From assembly GCA_038078555.1 (NCBI GenBank), contig JBBTYQ010000001.1, positions 1 through 58,965 on the forward strand: a stretch of 58,965 nucleotides of DNA, read 5' to 3'. This stretch comes from Patescibacteria group bacterium (lineage in GTDB: Bacteria > Patescibacteriota > Minisyncoccia > UBA6257 > UBA9933). Below, piece after piece: positions 53,979-58,965 of the stretch. The first letter of the stretch is position 1. Each line of letters begins with the position of its first letter. The notes beneath the pieces are model-generated. The model searched no databases. It was not told the DNA's origin and saw nothing but the letters and a program-made list of their open reading frames with translations. A program made the translations under genes and the position numbers.

Positions 53979-54026
53979 GGCCATAAACCTTATTATCAAA
54001 TAAATAAGCGACCTAGTTTTTATATT

Positions 54027-56552
54027 TTACTGTATTAAATATTCCTTTAAATATCTTCCCGTGTAAGAACCTTTTATTTTTATGATTTCCTCGGGCGTGC
54101 CTTTGCCGATAATCTTTCCGCCAGCTTCCCCGCCTTCCGGTCCAAGGTCAATGACATAATCCGCGGATTTTATAATATGCATGTTATGTTCGATAACCGC
54201 AATAGTATTTCCTTTATCCACCAGTTTATTTAAAACTTTAAGCAGCATTTCTATATCATAATAATGAAGCCCTACGCTCGGCTCATCAAGCAAATACATT
54301 GCTCTTTTGCCTAATGGATGAGTTAATTCTCGCGCCAATTTTATTCTTTGAGCCTCGCCGCCTGATAATGTAGTGGCTGATTGGCCTAATTGCAAATAAC
54401 CCAGGCCCACTTCTATTAAAACTTTCAGCTTGTCGGTAATCGTATAAAGCCCGTCAAAAAAATCTATTGCTTCATCAACCGTCATTTCCAAAATTTCATG
54501 GATGTTCTTGCTTTTATGCTTAACCTGAAGCGTTTCGCGATTAAATCTTTTGCCATTACAAACATCGCACTGGACAAGCACGGCCGGCAAAAAATGCATT
54601 TCCACCAGATTAAAGCCCGCGCCTTGGCAAGCTTCACATCTTCCTCCGCTGACATTAAACGAAAATCTTGAGGCGGTATATCCTTTAGCGCGAGACTCTT
54701 CCAAAGAAGCAAAAAAATCTCTGATAGGCGTAAAAATTCCCGTATAAGTTGCCGGGTTAGACCTGGGAGTCCGGCCAATCGGCGATTGGTCAACCATCAC
54801 CACTTTGTCTATATATTCAGTTCCTAAAATCTGGCTGACTCCTTCCAAAGGCTCGTTAAATCTGGCTTTTATTCTTTCCAAATTTTTATATAAAACATCG
54901 TACAATAAAGAAGATTTTCCGCTGCCTGAAACTCCGGTTAAGCAAATCAGTCTCCGCAGGGGAATTTCTACGTCTATGTTTTTTAAATTATTGGCTCTGG
55001 CTCCGATGATTTTTATTTTTTCCGTTTGCTTTGACCGCCTGATTTTTGGCACTTCAATTTTTTTCTCCCCTGATAAATACTTGAGAGTCAAAGATTTTTT
55101 GTTGATTGCTTGAGATTGTTTTACCCCGCCTAATAATTTTTTTATCTCGCCTATTGCCACCACTTCACCGCCATTTTTTCCGGCTAAAGGCCCCAAATCA
55201 ACCAGATAATCCGATTCATTAATCGTCCGTTCATCATGCTCTACGATAATTAAACTGTTGTTTTGGTCTTTAAGCGCTTTTAAAGTTTTTATCAGTCTTT
55301 CTGTGTCGCGCTCATGAAGCCCGATAGTCGGCTCGTCTAAAACGTACAAAGTTCCTGATAATTTCGAACCAATCTGCGAAGCCAATCTTATTCTCTGAGC
55401 CTCGCCACCAGATAATGTCTCGGCTTCACGATTTAAAGACAAATAATCAAGCCCGACCTCCAACAAAAATTCTAACCGACCGACAATTTCCTTTAAAACA
55501 TTCTGTGCTATTTTTCTTTCCCGCTCGGTTAAATTGTTTTCATATTCGGCAAAAAATTCATAAGCCTTATCAATAGTTAAGGCAGTGACTTCATGAATGT
55601 TTTTTCCGCCGATTTTTACAGACAAGGCTTCTGGCTTCAATCTTTTTCCCTTGCAATCCGGACAAATTGTGCCAAGAAACAAATCGGTTTTGCCCAACCC
55701 AAAACAAGTTTGGCACGCTCCGTAAGGGCTATTAAAAGAAAAAAGTCTTGGTTCAACTTCAGGAAAAGCGAAATTATCATTAGGACAAGTCCACTTAGAA
55801 GAAAGTAAAAGCTCAGTCTGATTTTTTTTATTTTCATTAAAAACCGCGCGTACTAATCCCTTGCCGTGATTAAGCGCGCCTTCAACCGCCTCAAAAATCC
55901 GGCTCTCATCTTTTATTAAAACCCTGTCAATAACAATTTCAATGGTATGCATTTTGTATCGGGAAAGAGGAATTTTTTCATGAAGCGAGTGATATTTTCC
56001 GTCAATTCTCGCTTCGGAAAATCCCAGAGAAAGAAAATCGTAGAGCAATTGGTAGTATTCTCCTTTTCGGCCGCGCACCGCTGGCGCCAAAATCAAAATT
56101 TTTTCCTCTTTTAACTCTTTGGCTTTATTAATAACAATATCAACTATTTCTTCTAACGAAAGTTTTTTAATTTTTACGCCGTCAAGCGGACAATAAACCT
56201 CGCCCAATCTCGCGTAGAGCACTCTTAAATAATCGTAAATTTCTGTAAGCGTGCCTACGATTGACCGCGGGTTATGAGACAAAGCCCGCTGATTAATGGC
56301 AATAGCCGGTGAAAGTCCGATAATTTCATCAACATCCGGACGGTCCATTTGACCTAAAAACTGCCTGGCGTAAGGCGATAAAGATTCAATATATCTTCTC
56401 TGGCCTTCGGCAAAAATCGTATCATAAGCCAAAGAAGACTTGCCGCTGCCGGAAACTCCGGTAAAAACTACCAGCTTGTTTTTCGGCAACTCCAAATCTA
56501 TATTTTTCAAATTATGCACTCGGGCGCCTTTTATAATTATTTTGTCCTCCAT
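54027..56552 (-). CDS. uvrA: Excinuclease ABC subunit A (compact, about 841 aa)
   Basis: IIIKGARVHNLKNIDLELPKNKLVVFTGVSGSGKSSLAYDTIFAEGQRRY, two ABC modules (LSGGEAQRI twice) and zinc-finger cysteines. The first ATG is at 56552; the track start at 56558 is TTG. Confidence 0.96.
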   Translation of the reverse strand: MEDKIIIKGARVHNLKNIDLELPKNKLVVFTGVSGSGKSSLAYDTIFAEGQRRYIESLSPYARQFLGQMDRPDVDEIIGLSPAIAINQRALSHNPRSIVGTLTEIYDYLRVLYARLGEVYCPLDGVKIKKLSLEEIVDIVINKAKELKEEKILILAPAVRGRKGEYYQLLYDFLSLGFSEARIDGKYHSLHEKIPLSRYKMHTIEIVIDRVLIKDESRIFEAVEGALNHGKGLVRAVFNENKKNQTELLLSSKWTCPNDNFAFPEVEPRLFSFNSPYGACQTCFGLGKTDLFLGTICPDCKGKRLKPEALSVKIGGKNIHEVTALTIDKAYEFFAEYENNLTERERKIAQNVLKEIVGRLEFLLEVGLDYLSLNREAETLSGGEAQRIRLASQIGSKLSGTLYVLDEPTIGLHERDTERLIKTLKALKDQNNSLIIVEHDERTINESDYLVDLGPLAGKNGGEVVAIGEIKKLLGGVKQSQAINKKSLTLKYLSGEKKIEVPKIRRSKQTEKIKIIGARANNLKNIDVEIPLRRLICLTGVSGSGKSSLLYDVLYKNLERIKARFNEPLEGVSQILGTEYIDKVVMVDQSPIGRTPRSNPATYTGIFTPIRDFFASLEESRAKGYTASRFSFNVSGGRCEACQGAGFNLVEMHFLPAVLVQCDVCNGKRFNRETLQVKHKSKNIHEILEMTVDEAIDFFDGLYTITDKLKVLIEVGLGYLQLGQSATTLSGGEAQRIKLARELTHPLGKRAMYLLDEPSVGLHYYDIEMLLKVLNKLVDKGNTIAVIEHNMHIIKSADYVIDLGPEGGEAGGKIIGKGTPEEIIKIKGSYTGRYLKEYLIQ

Positions 56553-56648
56553 ACTCAAAAGATAAAACCCCCTGTTTTTTAATCCTTAGGGGTACTTATT
56601 TTAAACTTTATGTCTAATATTTTATGAAGTCAATTAAAACGCCAAAAT

Positions 56649-56729
56649 GCGATGAGCCGATACTTCAAAAACATGCGCTATTGCTGGCTGAAAATCGGCT
56701 CATTCGCAAATCAGTCTTGAGCCGATTTT
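56649..56729 (-). promoter_or_regulatory. Three copies of GAGCCGAT/ATCGGCTC forming two mutually exclusive hairpins upstream of uvrA
   Basis: AAAATCGGCTCA (56691-56702) pairs perfectly with TGAGCCGATTTT (56718-56729). The same ATCGGCTCATTCGC (56694-56707) also pairs with GCGATGAGCCGAT (56649-56661), with one bulge. Confidence 0.45.
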
Positions 56730-57301
56730 TATAAGTTTGATAATAACATCAGAGCTGAAGAAATCACTGAAATAACCGCCGCCTGAAAAGCAATCCACTT
56801 TAATTTATTATTTATTGCTCTTTTAGGCCCGTGAAAAAGCATATGAAATTTTTGCAGCTGGATAAAAGGCGCTTTTTTAAAAATCGCATAAGCCACTTGC
56901 ATTGCGTCTGGCAAAATACTGCCAAAAATCATAACTATTATCATTAAAATTGCCTCAAAATTAATTTCCGGCCGGATAATCAAAAATCCTATTGCCGCGC
57001 CCAACAGAAAATCAAAAAACATTTTTGCCGAATCTTTTAAAATAAAATGGCGGTTGAGCTCCAATTTTTTATTCGGCAATAATATTTTATCAGTATTTTT
57101 TTTTAAAATTGTTTTTTCCGCTTCGTCGTCATCTTCTTTGATTGACCAGATTTTATAATCCCAGTGAGGAATTAAATCAACCAAGTAATGGCTCAAAAGC
57201 GCAATTACAAAAATAGCCAGCGCGTTAAAAACGCTTGCCGGCCGGTTAATCAAAGAAACAGTTGCCGCTGAAGCCACGATAATATGAGATGAAAGAATCA
57301 T
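56729..57301 (-). CDS. Polytopic membrane protein, possibly DUF457/YdjM-like membrane-bound hydrolase
   Basis: Five to six TM helices and a LSHYLVDLIPHWDY motif. It sits between uvrB and uvrA. Family assignment is tentative. Confidence 0.4.
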   Translation of the reverse strand: MILSSHIIVASAATVSLINRPASVFNALAIFVIALLSHYLVDLIPHWDYKIWSIKEDDDEAEKTILKKNTDKILLPNKKLELNRHFILKDSAKMFFDFLLGAAIGFLIIRPEINFEAILMIIVMIFGSILPDAMQVAYAIFKKAPFIQLQKFHMLFHGPKRAINNKLKWIAFQAAVISVISSALMLLSNL

Positions 57302-57312
57302 TAGTGTTAAAT

Positions 57313-58965
57313 TTAATCTATTTTTTCCCCCGTCTCAATCAATTTTTCTATTTCTTTCTTGATGCTCTGGGGCGTAATGCCGTGTTTTTTATTATACTCT
57401 GACTGTATTTTTCTTCTACGCTCGACCACGCTGACTGCCCGCTTAATTGAACCTGTTAAATTATCAGCGTATAAAATTACTTTGCCCAGGACATTTCGGC
57501 TGGCCCGTCCCATAGTTTGAATTAAAGAAGATTCCGAACGCAAAAAACCTTCGCGGTCAGCATCAAGAATCGCCACTAAAGATACTTCCGGCAAATCCAA
57601 CCCTTCTCTTAACAAATTAACGCCAACTAAAACATCAAATCCGCCTTTATCCGACCCTTTTCTAAAATCAGTTAAAATTTTAATCCGCTCTAAAGTTTTT
57701 GTTTCCGAATGCATATAATTAACTTTAAATTTTTCTTTTTTCAAAAAGTCAGCCAAATCTTCCGCCATTTTTTTCGTCAAAGTGTTGATAATTGCCCGAC
57801 CGCCTTCTTTGGTTATTTTTTTAAGCTCTTCAATTATATCGTCAATCTGGCTCCTGTTCCTGCTTTTATCAAACACCGGCCTTATTTCAATCGGCGGGTC
57901 AATCAACCCGGTTGGCCTGATAATCTGCTCCACGATTTGAGAAGAATTTGTTAATTCATATGACCCTGGCGTAGCTGAAGTAAAAATCGCTTGATTGATA
58001 AACTTTTCAAATTCCGTAAATTTTAGCGGCCGGTTATCCAAAGCAGATGGCAATCGCCAGCCGTATTTCGCCAAAATTTTCTTCCGGCTTTGATCGCCCT
58101 CATACATCCCTCTTGCTTGAGGCACAGCTACGTGGCTCTCGTCAATAATCAGCAAAAAATCCGATTTCCCGCCTTTAGACGGAAAATAGGAAAGTAAAGT
58201 GTCCGGCGGTTCGCCGGAGACTTTTCCCGCCAGATGTCTTGAATAATTTTCTACGCCGTGGCAATAACCTATGCTTTTAAGCATTTCCATATCATATCTA
58301 GTTCTTCGTTCCAGTCTTTCTGCTTCAAGATAAAGATTTTTTTTATTAAAATAATCCAACCTTTCTTTTAATTCTTTTTTAATCTCTTTTATGGCAGTAT
58401 CAATTTGCGGTCCGGTAGAAATAAAATGCTTAGGCGGAAATATCACCAATTCTTTTTTATTTTCAATAAATTTTCTTGTTAAAGGATCGGTAATGGCGAT
58501 TGTTTTTATTTTCTGCTCTTCTATTTCAATATAATTTATCAGATTTCCACCGGCCGGCATTATTTCGAAAAAATCACCTCTCACTCTAAATGACCCTCTT
58601 TTTAAAGCGCCAATTGTTCTTGAAAAATGCATTCTGACAAGCTGTCGCATTAAATCTCCTCTCGTAATCGGTTTTCCAATTTCCAAATGAATGGCGGACT
58701 CCAGATAATTCAAAGGCACGCCAAGATTATAAATACAAGAAACTGAAGCCACTACAATCACGTCTCTTCTTGAAAGCAAGGCGCTGGTCGCTTGATGCCT
58801 CAAGCGATCGATTTCCTCGTTTATCATTGCCTCTTTTTCAATATAAGTATCGGTAGAAGGCAAGTAAGCTTCAGGCTGATAATAATCGTAATAAGAAACA
58901 AAATAATTGACCGAGTTTTCCGGAAAAAAAGTTTTATATTCGTGATAAAGCTGGGCAGCCAAAGA
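57313..58965 (-). CDS. uvrB: Excinuclease ABC subunit B (N-terminus lies beyond window end)
   Basis: NYFVSYYDYYQPEAYLPSTDTYIEKE, helicase motifs LIIDESHV, TSATPG and GVNLLREGLDLPEVSLVAILDADREGFLRS. Confidence 0.95.
   Translation of the reverse strand, partial: SLAAQLYHEYKTFFPENSVNYFVSYYDYYQPEAYLPSTDTYIEKEAMINEEIDRLRHQATSALLSRRDVIVVASVSCIYNLGVPLNYLESAIHLEIGKPITRGDLMRQLVRMHFSRTIGALKRGSFRVRGDFFEIMPAGGNLINYIEIEEQKIKTIAITDPLTRKFIENKKELVIFPPKHFISTGPQIDTAIKEIKKELKERLDYFNKKNLYLEAERLERRTRYDMEMLKSIGYCHGVENYSRHLAGKVSGEPPDTLLSYFPSKGGKSDFLLIIDESHVAVPQARGMYEGDQSRKKILAKYGWRLPSALDNRPLKFTEFEKFINQAIFTSATPGSYELTNSSQIVEQIIRPTGLIDPPIEIRPVFDKSRNRSQIDDIIEELKKITKEGGRAIINTLTKKMAEDLADFLKKEKFKVNYMHSETKTLERIKILTDFRKGSDKGGFDVLVGVNLLREGLDLPEVSLVAILDADREGFLRSESSLIQTMGRASRNVLGKVILYADNLTGSIKRAVSVVERRRKIQSEYNKKHGITPQSIKKEIEKLIETGEKID

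Noticed and set aside
53626-54003. Plus-strand ORFs 53626-54003 and 53631-53900, antisense to paralogue B and its promoter region
   Set aside because: They are antisense shadows of a GC-rich gene. They have no SD and run across the minus-strand promoter and 5' UTR.

Overview
This is a 58,965-nt, low-GC, very gene-dense chromosomal segment. Hand-counted housekeeping lines are about one third G+C. I support about 58 protein genes and see no rRNA, tRNA or CRISPR array.

The gene content suggests a Patescibacteria/CPR-like bacterium, which is an inference. The evidence is a compact uvrB-uvrA-uvrC set, a LamG-fused type IV pilin, T4SS_pilin-type proteins, an ECF sigma/DUF5667 pair, cohesin- and 3D-domain proteins, and many membrane-anchored orphans.

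Housekeeping genes recognised from the translations are glyQS, rpe, pdaD, rpiB, recO, pyrG, mutM, rsmA, a UvrD-type helicase, comM/yifB, xerC/D, rpsO, pnp, rpsT, ruvA, murE, glyA and uvrABC.

The most interesting content is as follows.
1. A 13-gene type IV secretion-like operon (18533-31487) has no relaxase or coupling protein in view. It contains a perfect 334-nt duplication of a pilin module joined to two different C-terminal domains. It also carries a GIY-YIG gene bracketed by an 18-bp perfect inverted repeat, an apparently split VirB4, and conserved intercistronic repeats.
2. Two divergent, collinear paralogues of an unnamed protein of about 270 aa (48237-49025 and 53004-53828) each form a self-contained promoter-to-terminator unit. 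They share a CTTGGCGAA 5' motif. One is about 50% G+C and sits between uvrA and uvrC.
3. An rpsO-NYN-pnp arrangement has a GC-rich leader with mutually exclusive or pseudoknotted pairings.
4. Several coding features are missing from the supplied ORF track. These are a protein of more than 919 aa running off the window start, a 42-aa membrane ORF and a 33-aa ORF that runs through a strong hairpin.

Coordinates of small motifs were counted by hand against the printed numbering and may be off by 1-2 nt.
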